Positions 10,170-20,289 are shown, counted from the stretch's first letter. The stretch: 64,000 nucleotides of DNA from Candidatus Peribacteria bacterium (GCA_018652265.1 JABICL010000039.1:7287-71286), one strand, 5' to 3'. Program-made: numbers and translations. The notes: generated from the letters alone by a model not told the origin.

Positions 10170-10358
10170 ATGTGTAATAACCCACCAGAACAGCCAATAA
10201 CTGAAGAGCTAGTATCATGCGAAGGACCAGAAGTAAAAGAAGGTTCCGATGATGCAAAGCCAGAAGTAAAAGAAAATTCCGATGATGGAAAAGTTGAGAA
10301 AAATACTCAGCCAGATCCAGCAGTTCTTTCATTCCTCGCAAGATCAAGCAGATGGTAA
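10170..10358 (+). CDS. Small acidic hypothetical protein with internal repeat
   Basis: PEVKEGSDD / PEVKENSDD duplication. Confidence 0.4.
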   Translation: MCNNPPEQPITEELVSCEGPEVKEGSDDAKPEVKENSDDGKVEKNTQPDPAVLSFLARSSRW

Positions 10359-10362
10359 TAAT

Positions 10363-10495
10363 CTAACTAGACCTACTCTCACGAAAAGCTCGATCTACCT
10401 CTTCCATTTCTTCATCATCCATCTCATCCTCTGCATCAAGCAGGAGATTTCAAATGAACTTCTTTTGTATCTCTGCTTTGAATATTAAGGTCCAA
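10363..10495 (-). pseudogene. Decayed duplicate of the 3' end of the low-affinity iron permease gene
   Basis: 10363-10437 is identical to 13507-13581; similarity continues with internal deletions. Confidence 0.85.
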
Positions 10496-10535
10496 TTGGT
10501 TTACAATTGGTCTGTTTCTGATAAATTGCCATTTA

Positions 10536-13502
10536 ATGTTCAGATTCCCCAAAAATAGCATGAAATACTACATGACATATTTTTTTGCATTTGCAATTTT
10601 ATTTATTCCTCTAGCTAGCGAAGCAGTTACTGGCACTGCAACATTTATTCCTTGTGAAGGAGATGATTGTATTGGAGAGCTTTTTCTTACAGTTGAGCCA
10701 CGAGAAAACCATGTAAGTATCGAACCAGGAGCAACTGATGTAGAAGTATTTCGCATGAAAGCCAAATCAACGAAGGTTGAGCTTCTTCTTGGGGATTTAA
10801 ATCTACGCACAAGTCGTGGAGACATAGAAATGGCAGATAGCTATGACCTTTGGGTAGATACAGATAATAATGGAACTGTTGATCAAATTATTGATCGTGA
10901 TGGATTTATCAATACATCCAGAAATGCTGTGTCATTCGCAAGCCCAGAAGCTGGATGGTATACAGTTCCTTTCACAGATGTTTGGATAGTGGTACTTGCA
11001 GATATTGCAGATGATGTCCAAGGAGATGAGCTTCAATTAGAACTTGATACCAGTTTAAACAAATTCGTTTTATCTGAACATGCTCATGATGGCTTTGATA
11101 TTAATGGAATTGAACTTGATGGTAATTGTTCAGAGAATAAGTGTTTTCTACATGTAGAAACGGCTGATTCTGTTGTCTTACAATTTGCATCCTCTTGTAC
11201 AGAAACAGATAACGGAGCAGATAAAAATGTGAAAGGATCTGTAACTGCTAATGGACAAACCAAAACAGATTATTGCGAAGATAACCGAACTATTGTGGAA
11301 TATTCCTGTTTATTGAATGGAGCAATTATGGAAAGTGGAACACATTGCGATGGTGAGTGTGATGATGGAAGATGTGTAGAAGCAACACAGGTTTTCTCTG
11401 CTGTAGAACTCAATGTTACTTCACCAGCAGATCAAAGAATTGATGCTGTTATGGGACAGAAGAATATTGCAGCTCTAACATTTACAATTGAAAGTCGTAG
11501 CGATAAAACTTCATTCGACGGCCTTCGAATAAAAACAAAGCAAGGATGGGCTGATGATGCAAAATTTACTCTATTTGTAGATACAAATCGTGATGGCATT
11601 GGGGATCTTCCTCTTTCAACTGGTAAATCAAATGGCTCAAGAGAAGTGACATTTGATTTTGTCAGATCTCCATATGTTATACAAATAAATAGAACTGATA
11701 CATTTACTGTAAAGGCAAATTTAGATCCAAAGGTTCCTGTCGACATTCTACAAGTCATAATTGATGCAGTAGTAATGAGTAGTCCAGATTCTGGAATACA
11801 ACTTAATTCGGATAATCTATCAGTCAATAATACCAATGGACCGGTGATTTACATCGCAACGGTTCCTGGAAACGAAGGCAGTGTTGCCGTAAAACTTTTT
11901 CCACCATCAAGATTATATGTTGGAGATAAGGATGAACGAATACTACTTATGCGTTTTAATATAGATGATAAAGAAGATCAGACTTTTTACAGCATCACAT
12001 TATTTAATCAAGGAAATGCTCGAGATGGATCTCTTAGTAATATGACAATATATAGAGAAGGAAATGATGGGAAGCTTACGAACACGGTATCTGCATTTCA
12101 AAATGGAAAAGCAATTTTTACCTTCGATATACCCTTCACAGTTCTTGCAGGAGATTTGATCAGATTCGAGATTCGAGGTGACATTAGTGATGGAGGAGGA
12201 AAGACATTTGTTCCTTTATTTAGAAGTACCGATGGAGTTATTGCTGCAGGATCCATATATGGTTATACAAGTGGTAGCAGCCAAATAAATCCTTCTGAAA
12301 TAATTTACGAAAACAATTCTATTTCTACCCCTATTATTGGAGACAGCGAAGAAGAGGAATCTGATGAAACACAATCAGGAGGCACTCAAGAATCATCATC
12401 TCCATCATCTTCTGAATCTACTTCAGATAATAATAATTTACCTCTTATAACTCAAAATTATATAAAAGGCTATGAGCTTGATGTTGTAACGCCATCTGAC
12501 CAAGTAAATTGGTTTACAGATACAGACACTTTAAATAGCGAAGGAGAATCTGCAAATGTACTAGCACGTCTTGGTATAATAGGCGGATATCCTGACGGAG
12601 AATTTAAAGGATGGAAAGCGGTTAATAGAGCAGAAGCTGCAAAATTTATCCTTTATTCTAGATATGACAGAATTAGTAATATGAAAAATAATGATCGCTT
12701 TCCTGATGTCGTATCTGGAGAATGGTATGAAAAATTTGTAATGTTTGCCGAAAGACAGGGGATTATAAAAGGACATGATGATGGCTATTTCCGACCTGCA
12801 GACGGAGTAAATACAGCAGAATTTCTAGCAATGCTGCAGCGCGCATTTGGCCTTTCTTTTGATTTACCACAACAATATGAGGATGTCCCATCAAGTGCCT
12901 GGTATAACAATCTTGCCGGCATAGCAATTGAGTACAATCTATTTCCCGATAGAGCAACTCACCTAAATCCTGGCGCGCCTTTAACCAGAAAAGAAGTAGC
13001 TATTGCCATAAACAATCTTTTAACTGAATTGAATGAAATAAATCAATCAATGATTCGCTCAGTGGACCTTGGTCTTAGGGTAAATATGCCAGGATCTGTT
13101 CAGCGTTTTAGCAGCTTAGTTTTACAAGAAGCAATAAGCGGAGATGCTATGTACTACACACAATTGGATATTTTTCTTAGTACAGATAATTATGCTTTAT
13201 CTACCGGAAGCTTACCTGATCAAATTATTTACACTGGATCAGAAGAAGAACTTACGAGGATGTTAAATATGTCGATAGCTGGAATATCAGGCGGTAGCTT
13301 GATTTCACATTCTTTTGAGGAACATCAAGGATATCCTTCAATAAAATATTCGTTTAGTGGATTAGAAAATGGCATCCGAAAAGAGCACAGAGGATTTATA
13401 GTAGTTTCCAAGAGTCGTGTATATACACTTATTACAACTCCAGACCAAAGCGATGATTATTTCTCATCATTCGTAATACTTCCTGGAATTTTAAAGCCAT
13501 AA
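10536..13502 (+). CDS. Large secreted S-layer-homology (SLH) domain protein
   Basis: Signal peptide, IIGGYPDGEF..VNRAEAAK, GHDDGYFRPADGVNTAE SLH motifs, Ser/Glu linker, Cys module; start may be 10560. Confidence 0.85.
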   Translation: MFRFPKNSMKYYMTYFFAFAILFIPLASEAVTGTATFIPCEGDDCIGELFLTVEPRENHVSIEPGATDVEVFRMKAKSTKVELLLGDLNLRTSRGDIEMADSYDLWVDTDNNGTVDQIIDRDGFINTSRNAVSFASPEAGWYTVPFTDVWIVVLADIADDVQGDELQLELDTSLNKFVLSEHAHDGFDINGIELDGNCSENKCFLHVETADSVVLQFASSCTETDNGADKNVKGSVTANGQTKTDYCEDNRTIVEYSCLLNGAIMESGTHCDGECDDGRCVEATQVFSAVELNVTSPADQRIDAVMGQKNIAALTFTIESRSDKTSFDGLRIKTKQGWADDAKFTLFVDTNRDGIGDLPLSTGKSNGSREVTFDFVRSPYVIQINRTDTFTVKANLDPKVPVDILQVIIDAVVMSSPDSGIQLNSDNLSVNNTNGPVIYIATVPGNEGSVAVKLFPPSRLYVGDKDERILLMRFNIDDKEDQTFYSITLFNQGNARDGSLSNMTIYREGNDGKLTNTVSAFQNGKAIFTFDIPFTVLAGDLIRFEIRGDISDGGGKTFVPLFRSTDGVIAAGSIYGYTSGSSQINPSEIIYENNSISTPIIGDSEEEESDETQSGGTQESSSPSSSESTSDNNNLPLITQNYIKGYELDVVTPSDQVNWFTDTDTLNSEGESANVLARLGIIGGYPDGEFKGWKAVNRAEAAKFILYSRYDRISNMKNNDRFPDVVSGEWYEKFVMFAERQGIIKGHDDGYFRPADGVNTAEFLAMLQRAFGLSFDLPQQYEDVPSSAWYNNLAGIAIEYNLFPDRATHLNPGAPLTRKEVAIAINNLLTELNEINQSMIRSVDLGLRVNMPGSVQRFSSLVLQEAISGDAMYYTQLDIFLSTDNYALSTGSLPDQIIYTGSEEELTRMLNMSIAGISGGSLISHSFEEHQGYPSIKYSFSGLENGIRKEHRGFIVVSKSRVYTLITTPDQSDDYFSSFVILPGILKP

Positions 13503-13506
13503 GTTA

Positions 13507-13899
13507 CTAACTAGACCTACTCTCACGAAAAGCTCGATCTACCTCTTCCATTTCTTCATCATCCATCTCATCCTCTGCATCCAGCAGAAGATTTCTTGCG
13601 TCTTCGTTTACAGCGATTAATTCATCTAATTTAAGATGAACTGCTTTTGTGTCTCTGTTCTGAGTATTCTGAAGTAGGAACACCATCAGAAAAGTAACTA
13701 TCGTGGTACTTGTATTTATCACAAGCTGCCAAGTATTGCTGTAATCAAATAATGGTCCAGAAATGAACCATACAAAAACAAAAAGACATGCACCCATAAA
13801 GGTCCACGAGGATCCAACTACTTTTCCAATCTTCTGAGAGACCTTACGAAAAAGCTTTGTAATAGGATTCACGCCCTTTTTTGTTCCATTTGTTTCCAT
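13507..13899 (-). CDS. Low-affinity iron permease family protein
   Basis: WQLVINTSTTIVTFLMVFLLQNTQNRDTKAVHLKLDELI signature. Confidence 0.9.
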   Translation of the reverse strand: METNGTKKGVNPITKLFRKVSQKIGKVVGSSWTFMGACLFVFVWFISGPLFDYSNTWQLVINTSTTIVTFLMVFLLQNTQNRDTKAVHLKLDELIAVNEDARNLLLDAEDEMDDEEMEEVDRAFRESRSS

Positions 13900-13971
13900 A
13901 TGAGTTTTATTTTTTATTTCACGTACATTATAACATTTTTTAGGCCATATGTGAATATCTATTGTAGCCCG

Positions 13972-14089
13972 CCGCTCACGTGCTTAAGGTGGTATATGCG
14001 ACGAAATCGACGTAACCCATCACCGTTTATTACTTATCAGAGGTTTCGGATCGATTTCTTACGCAAAATACCACCTGCACGCTTGCTGC
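13972..14089 (-). repeat. Family A repeat, core type 1
   Basis: Near-identical to 6851-6968, with compensatory GGTGG/CCACC change. Confidence 0.9.
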
Positions 14090-14176
14090 CCGGCATGTTC
14101 ATGCTGCTTGCCGACCGAAGCATATTGTTCCCAAAAACCGCTATTTCTGGTAAAATAGACAGATTTATACAACTTT

Positions 14177-16387
14177 ATGAACCTAAATAGATTTACTTCC
14201 ATATCGGCAAAGGGAATCGCATCAATCATGTTTATATTGATTGGACTGATGGTGGGAATAAGTATGCCAGCAAATACTGCTATTTCTCCAGCTTATGGAC
14301 AAAGCAGTGAATCATCTGAGTACTATGAAGAAGAGGAATATGATGAGGAAGAGGAATACTCAGAAGAAGAAAGTTACGAAGAAGAATATGATTCATCTGA
14401 AACATCAGAAGAATATTCTGAAGAGGAGGAATATGAGGAAGAATATGATGAGGAAGAGGAATACTCAGAAGAAGAAAGTTACGAAGAAGAATATGATTCA
14501 TCTGAAGAATCTTACGAAGAAGAGTGCTACGATTCAGATGAATACTACGATGACGAGTGCTACGATTCAGATGAATACTACGACGAAGACTCAGACATAA
14601 TTTGTGGAGATGACTATTGTGATTCTATGTCTGGAGAGAGCTGCTCAAACTGTGGACAAGACTGCGGTGCTTGCCCTTCGATTTGTGGAGATGGCGCATG
14701 TAATTCAAACGAAAGCTGTAGTACATGCTCAGCAGATTGCGGCGCTTGCCGCGAACCATGTGGAAACAATGTATGTAATGAACTTTCTGGAGAAAAATGT
14801 AGTAACTGTCCACAGGATTGTGGAGAATGCAAAGATATAGCTCCTCCGACCATAAACATATGTGGAGACAATGTATGTCAGCAAACAGAAACAAAAACTA
14901 GCTGCCCAATTGATTGTGCTCCAGTAGCAACAGTCGCTTGTGGAGATAATGTGTGTACTGGGCAAGAAACATGTGGAAACTGCATGCAAGATTGCGGATT
15001 TTGTACTCCTGCTAGACCAGCTGATCTCACACAAGTAAATACATGTGGAGATAATGTATGTCACATACTTTCAGAAGATTGTAATTCTTGTTCAGAAGAT
15101 TGTGGATCATGCGGTTCATCTCTAGGTAATGTAGGAGGCATTGCTATAAGCGTAAAAGATGCGAGGCAACAAGCAGAGCGCATTGGAAATCTTATGCAGA
15201 TAGATCAAAGCCTTGCAGAAAGAATTAGCGAAAAATATGCAGAACAAATACAGGAGCTAAAAACTAGAGAAGATGATCAAGTGGCACTTAGCACTAAGGA
15301 AAAAAGGCAATTAGTAAAATTGACATCGGAAATAGGAAAGGCAACTAGAGACGAAGCAGATGAAATGAGATTTTTGGTAGCAAAAGGAGTTTTAGATAAT
15401 CCTACAGTATTATCATTACTTTACACTTTGCCAGGAAGAGAGGACCTCATGGCAGCAGCAAATTCAGGAGATATAGAAACTGTTATACGACTTATGCCAG
15501 AGGGAAATGCAGATATTGCAGAAATAAGTAGAAAAATTACTGTGATAGAAGATGGATTCCCTGACATCGTAGAAGAAATAGAAACAAACGAAGAAATATC
15601 TTTGATATTAAAAGCATTTGCATCTCATGTAGGGGAAAGCGAGGAAGAAGATGTAAAAATTAAATTTAAAAGATCTGTATCTCTACTTGGCAAAATGCGT
15701 GCCAAGGCAGCAGATCCAAATGAAAAATTGCCAGATCTAGAAGAAAGGCTTAATTATTTGATAGATAGAAGAAATTCAATATCAGGAATAATTGGTATCG
15801 CAAGTGATAATGTCGAAAATGATTTAGGAAAAGTAAAAGGAGAAGTAAGAGGAACGTTGACATCTGGAAATCCCAACAAAACTGAAAAACTTCTTAATCT
15901 TTCTGGAATATTTGAATACATACGATCTACTGCAAATTTTGAAACTCTGGAAAAAAGATTTACAAATGCCAAAGGAAGCATGAGATCTGGTATGGGTAAA
16001 TTAATTGCAATATTTACATTTGGCGGTGCTCCAGAGGCAGAGGCAGCAGAAATTCTGTCGGAAGAAGGCAATACTGATATGTTGCAAGCAGTCAAAGAAG
16101 ATAATGTTGAAAAACAAAAGGAATCTATAAGATTACTACTTTCTTCTAACATAAAAAATCTGGAGCCAGTTCTTTCAAAAATAAGTGAAGCTGAAAAACA
16201 ATCATTTAATGAAAAGATAGAAGCATGGCAAACAAAACTAGATTCAGCTCAAACACCAAGTGATATGAGTGTTTTACTTGGTGAACTGCAAACATATCTA
16301 GATGAGACAGAAGCTATTGCACGCGAAAAGAATGGGTGTTTCAAAAGAACTATGTACTTTATTCATGATTTCTTCGGGAAAAACTAA
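14177..16387 (+). CDS. Secreted protein with Glu/Tyr-rich repeats, six Cys-rich CGD/N repeats and a helical C-terminus
   Basis: N-terminal hydrophobic segment, EEEY tracts, CGDxxC...ExCxxCxxDC repeats. Confidence 0.85.
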   Translation: MNLNRFTSISAKGIASIMFILIGLMVGISMPANTAISPAYGQSSESSEYYEEEEYDEEEEYSEEESYEEEYDSSETSEEYSEEEEYEEEYDEEEEYSEEESYEEEYDSSEESYEEECYDSDEYYDDECYDSDEYYDEDSDIICGDDYCDSMSGESCSNCGQDCGACPSICGDGACNSNESCSTCSADCGACREPCGNNVCNELSGEKCSNCPQDCGECKDIAPPTINICGDNVCQQTETKTSCPIDCAPVATVACGDNVCTGQETCGNCMQDCGFCTPARPADLTQVNTCGDNVCHILSEDCNSCSEDCGSCGSSLGNVGGIAISVKDARQQAERIGNLMQIDQSLAERISEKYAEQIQELKTREDDQVALSTKEKRQLVKLTSEIGKATRDEADEMRFLVAKGVLDNPTVLSLLYTLPGREDLMAAANSGDIETVIRLMPEGNADIAEISRKITVIEDGFPDIVEEIETNEEISLILKAFASHVGESEEEDVKIKFKRSVSLLGKMRAKAADPNEKLPDLEERLNYLIDRRNSISGIIGIASDNVENDLGKVKGEVRGTLTSGNPNKTEKLLNLSGIFEYIRSTANFETLEKRFTNAKGSMRSGMGKLIAIFTFGGAPEAEAAEILSEEGNTDMLQAVKEDNVEKQKESIRLLLSSNIKNLEPVLSKISEAEKQSFNEKIEAWQTKLDSAQTPSDMSVLLGELQTYLDETEAIAREKNGCFKRTMYFIHDFFGKN

Positions 16388-16495
16388 TAATTCATATGAA
16401 CAATATTAAGAACAATGACGGCGTAGCGGAATCGATATTCAACTTTAGTGATATAACAAAAATAAATCAGTATTTTTTTAAACGCGAAGACGCAT
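16387..16495 (+). repeat. Family D element, copy 1 (contains a 33-codon ORF 16396-16497)
   Basis: Colinear similarity with 37676-37780: ATAATTCA...GGCGTAGCGGAATCG...TTTTTAAACGCGAAG. Confidence 0.75.
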
Positions 16496-16496
16496 A

Positions 16497-17291
16497 ATGA
16501 GCACAAACCAAGCTCCAAATCCGGCAGTAGAAAGAGATGATCTGGAAGAATCTGAGGACATGCTGTTTGATTTCTTCGACTTCTTCGATAAAACTGTGGA
16601 TGATTTATATGCATATGTTATTAATCGAATAGAAGAAGAGCAGGTAGCAGAAGATACTGTAGCTGACCTTTATTTCTCTCTAATACAGAGACGTAGATTC
16701 TTCTGGTGGAGAAAAGTAGTACAAATTTCTACATTACTTCTTATCGCAGACAAAAAGATAAGATCTATGGACAAAACCAGAAAGTCTATGAAGAGCGAAG
16801 TATTTGATGAGGCAAGCCTGGAATCATTCTTGGGGAATATAAATCCTGTACAACTTTCTGAAGTCAAAAAGGCTCAGATGAGAACACAGCTATTACAAAG
16901 ATACAGAGAATCCCAAATGAGTAGCATAAAATTTGTACCAGCCCTAACTACTGCTAGTGCTGCTGTAGGATGTTTTATGATATTTAGTTCAGTACTTACA
17001 AACCCAGTATCTGTAGGCAGTACAAGCAAGCAAGTAGCTGCCGCACAGGTATTACTAATGGATCAGCAAATTGAATATCACGAGAAATTCATAGAAGCAG
17101 AAGACAGTCTAAAGGGAATAGCTGCACACTTTGCAGAAAAGGATTTAGCAAAAATAACTTTGGATCTTGCTCCACAAGCACTACAAATACAGATGAAACA
17201 AGAAAGAGAAATGGGGACTCTTCTTAGAGGCATGAGCAAGAAGGCGTTGCTATCTTCTATAGAAGAATCTGTAAAACTTGCGATGAGGTAA
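16497..17291 (+). CDS. Hypothetical protein with ECF sigma region-2-like N-terminus and a TM segment
   Basis: FDKTVDDLYAYVINRIEEEQVAEDTVADLY resembles ECF region 2; hydrophobic stretch near aa 147-168. Confidence 0.55.
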   Translation: MSTNQAPNPAVERDDLEESEDMLFDFFDFFDKTVDDLYAYVINRIEEEQVAEDTVADLYFSLIQRRRFFWWRKVVQISTLLLIADKKIRSMDKTRKSMKSEVFDEASLESFLGNINPVQLSEVKKAQMRTQLLQRYRESQMSSIKFVPALTTASAAVGCFMIFSSVLTNPVSVGSTSKQVAAAQVLLMDQQIEYHEKFIEAEDSLKGIAAHFAEKDLAKITLDLAPQALQIQMKQEREMGTLLRGMSKKALLSSIEESVKLAMR

Positions 17292-17293
17292 AT

Positions 17294-18049
17294 TTATATT
17301 TCAAAGAAGGAAACTGCATTACGCGTAGTAATTTCATCTATTTCTTTTGGAGACATATTTTTTACATCCGCAACACACTTTGCAATTTCTACTGTATAAG
17401 ATGGTTCATTTCTTTTTCCTCTATACAGAGCAGGGGACAAATATGGAGAATCTGTCTCCAGCATGATTCTATCTATTGGAGTTTTTTCTACTGTGTCTCT
17501 TATATCTTTTGCGTTTGGAAAAGTAATCATTCCAGTGAAAGATAGTAAATATCCTTCATCTAAAAACATTTTTATGTCTCCAAATTTTTCTGTGCAGCAA
17601 TGTACTACTAATTTTTTTGGCTTTATGTTTTTCACTATATCCCAAGTATCATTTATTGCCTCTCTAGTATGCACAACCACTGGCATATCATGATCATCTG
17701 CTATTTGTAACTGACGCTCAAAAACGTTTCTTTGTATATCTCTTGGAGACCTATCGTAATGATAATCAAGTCCTATCTCTCCAACTGCTACAACATTAAA
17801 ATCATCTATATGTTTTTTTAGCCTTTCCTCATATTCATCAGTCCATAAAGATGCATGATGTGGATGCAAGCCAGACATACAAGATATATCTTCATGCTCT
17901 TTTGAGAGTTTTATTGCATTGTTCGCTTCATCCAAAGAATCTACTGCGATTATCAATGGAGATACATTTGCTTCCCTAGATCTTTCTAGAACTTCTAGAA
18001 GATCATTTTTGTAAGCTTTATCTGTTAGATGGCAGTGTGTATCGATCAT
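17294..18049 (-). CDS. tatD: TatD family hydrolase
   Basis: MIDTHCHL, GLHPH, GEIGLDY, VHTRE, ETDSPYL. Confidence 0.95.
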   Translation of the reverse strand: MIDTHCHLTDKAYKNDLLEVLERSREANVSPLIIAVDSLDEANNAIKLSKEHEDISCMSGLHPHHASLWTDEYEERLKKHIDDFNVVAVGEIGLDYHYDRSPRDIQRNVFERQLQIADDHDMPVVVHTREAINDTWDIVKNIKPKKLVVHCCTEKFGDIKMFLDEGYLLSFTGMITFPNAKDIRDTVEKTPIDRIMLETDSPYLSPALYRGKRNEPSYTVEIAKCVADVKNMSPKEIDEITTRNAVSFFEI

Positions 18050-18071
18050 TAGTGATGCTAGAATACATGCA

Positions 18072-19067
18072 ATGTCACTTATCTTCAGCATATTACTGAT
18101 CATCGTAGGATTTTTCTTACTTATAAAAGGAGCAAATTTTCTAGTAGAAGGAGCATCTGTACTTGCTCACAGAGTAGGGGTTTCTGATCTTATGATTGGA
18201 CTCACCATAGTTGCGTTTGGTACCTCTATGCCTGAGCTACTTGTAAATATAATCGCAAGCTTGCAGGGAAATACAGATATAGCTATCGGAAATGTTGTAG
18301 GTAGCAATATAGCAAATACTTTTTTGGTACTAGGAGCTGCCGCATGCATTGCTCCACTATATGTCAAAGAAAGCACTGTCTGGAAAGAGATACCACTAGT
18401 TCTTCTTTCTACTGTAATTCTATTTGTACTTGTAAATGATGTTCTCATAGATGGTGAGTTCGTAGCGCAGATATCTAGATCAGAAGGAATGACACTAATT
18501 GGATTCTTTCTAATTTTTATGTACTACACATTTGGAATGGAATCTGTAAAAGACGGACATAAAGGCAAAGACATGCCTGTTCCATCAGCACTATTCTTCA
18601 TACTACTCGGATGTATTATGCTCCCGCTAGGAGGTAAATTATCTGTAGATGCTTCCATAGACATCGCACTTGCCTTTGGAGTAAGCGAGGCCTTTGTAGG
18701 ATTATCTATAGTTGCATTGGGAACTTCACTTCCAGAATTAGTAACTGCATGTGTAGCAACTTATAGAGGCAATGTAGATATGGCAATGGGTAACGTAGTA
18801 GGTAGTAATATTTTTAATATCTTATGGATCCTCGGAGCTAGCGCAATAATTAGACCATTGGTATTTAATCCAATTCTGAATCCAGATATTCTAATAGCCT
18901 TATTTGCATCGTTACTACTTCTGTTATTTATATATAACGGACCTTTTTATAAGAGAATGTTTTTCTTGTGGAGAAAAAGAGAGAGCTATGTGCTCGTAAG
19001 ATACGAAGGAATTATTTTGCTTCTATGTTATTTCGTATATATTGCTTATATTTCTATTAGGGGATAG
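18072..19067 (+). CDS. Ca2+/Na+ antiporter (YrbG family)
   Basis: Two alpha repeats GTSMPEL...GSNIAN and GTSLPEL...GSNIFN. Confidence 0.93.
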   Translation: MSLIFSILLIIVGFFLLIKGANFLVEGASVLAHRVGVSDLMIGLTIVAFGTSMPELLVNIIASLQGNTDIAIGNVVGSNIANTFLVLGAAACIAPLYVKESTVWKEIPLVLLSTVILFVLVNDVLIDGEFVAQISRSEGMTLIGFFLIFMYYTFGMESVKDGHKGKDMPVPSALFFILLGCIMLPLGGKLSVDASIDIALAFGVSEAFVGLSIVALGTSLPELVTACVATYRGNVDMAMGNVVGSNIFNILWILGASAIIRPLVFNPILNPDILIALFASLLLLLFIYNGPFYKRMFFLWRKRESYVLVRYEGIILLLCYFVYIAYISIRG

Positions 19068-19273
19068 ACCTTAATTTCTACAATATTTTTTGGAATATAC
19101 TTGTTGGTGAGAAAGTGAAGGATAAAACATCAGTTTTTGGTGGTATATGCAAGTGTAGCGGCTAATATGACATATAGGGCAAACACACTATTGTTCTTTG
19201 AAATGAGAGGCGAAAGGGGAGGAGTATCCCCTTACAAAGTTTCAGACTTTTGACAATTCGAGGAGTAAGAACG

Positions 19274-20131
19274 ATGAAGTACGGAATGAACATGTTGCTG
19301 TGGACAACAGAAGTGACTGATGCAGATGCGACTTTGCTGAATGATCTGAAGGAAGCAGGATTCGATGGAATCGAGGTCCCACTCTTTGATACCAATGTTA
19401 CAAAGAGCACGAAACTCAGGCCTATACTTGACGACATTGGTCTTGAGCGGACAGCTGTCACGATTTGCAGTGCAGATAGCAATCCTGTCAGCAGCATCAC
19501 TGCGAAGGCCGCCATCGATCATCTGAAGAGAGCGATTGACTCTTGTCATGAACTCGGAGTGAAGGTGCTATGCGGACCATTTCATTCGGCTCTTGGCGTA
19601 TTCTCAGATGCAGGACCAACTGCAGAGGAGCTTGAGTGCTCACAGAATGTGATGCGCACGGTTGCAGAGTATGCAAAAGAGGCAGAAGTCATGCTGGCAC
19701 TTGAATACCTCAATCGATTCGAGTGCTACCTGCTCAACTGCGCTGAAGACACAGCGAAATTCGTGGATGCTGTCGATCATCCAAATCTGAGATCGATGTA
19801 CGACACATTCCACGCACACATCGAGGAAAAAAACATCATTGACGCCATCAAAAACCTCGGAAACCGCATTGTGCATGTGCATGCCTCTGCGAACGATCGT
19901 TCAACACCAGGTACAGGTGCTGTGGACTGGGAAAACACGTTCGACGGTCTATATAACACCAGTTACGACGGCTGGATCGTCATCGAAGCCTTTGGAAGGT
20001 CGATGCCTGATCTGATCGCAGCGACCAAGATCTGGAGGTCCATGTTCAATGGGACCGAGTTGGAATTGGCAATCGCAGGATTGAAATTCTTGCGCAGAGA
20101 AGTACGAGCAGCTTGGGGTCTGCCCTCCTAG
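19274..20131 (+). CDS. D-tagatose/D-psicose 3-epimerase family (sugar phosphate isomerase/epimerase) protein
   Basis: EYLNRFE, YDTFHAHIEE, HVHASANDR, IEAF; SD GAGGAG upstream; visibly GC-richer than flanks. Confidence 0.9.
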   Translation: MKYGMNMLLWTTEVTDADATLLNDLKEAGFDGIEVPLFDTNVTKSTKLRPILDDIGLERTAVTICSADSNPVSSITAKAAIDHLKRAIDSCHELGVKVLCGPFHSALGVFSDAGPTAEELECSQNVMRTVAEYAKEAEVMLALEYLNRFECYLLNCAEDTAKFVDAVDHPNLRSMYDTFHAHIEEKNIIDAIKNLGNRIVHVHASANDRSTPGTGAVDWENTFDGLYNTSYDGWIVIEAFGRSMPDLIAATKIWRSMFNGTELELAIAGLKFLRREVRAAWGLPS

Positions 20132-20157
20132 AAGAACACAATCGTTTGCCCACGATT

Positions 20158-20194
20158 ACAGCTGCATCATCCACTTGGCGATGTAGCTGTTTTC
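20158..20194 (+). terminator. Probable intrinsic terminator
   Basis: ACAGCTGCATC...GATGTAGCTGT hairpin followed by TTTT. Confidence 0.65.
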
Positions 20195-20212
20195 TCATAC
20201 AATCTGTATTGT

Positions 20213-20289
20213 GCCACGGTAGCTCAGTTGGTTAGAGCACGGGACTCATAAGCCCGGGGTCGCAGGTTCAATTCCTGCCCGTGGCACCA
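20213..20289 (+). tRNA. tRNA with CAT anticodon, non-initiator (elongator Met favoured; Ile2 not excluded)
   Basis: GCCACGG...CTCATAA...CCGTGGCACCA with G1-C72 pair. Confidence 0.88.

Noticed and set aside
9750..13502. Prophage or integrative element at tRNA-Phe
   Set aside because: No integrase or phage genes, and no duplicated tRNA 3' end was found.
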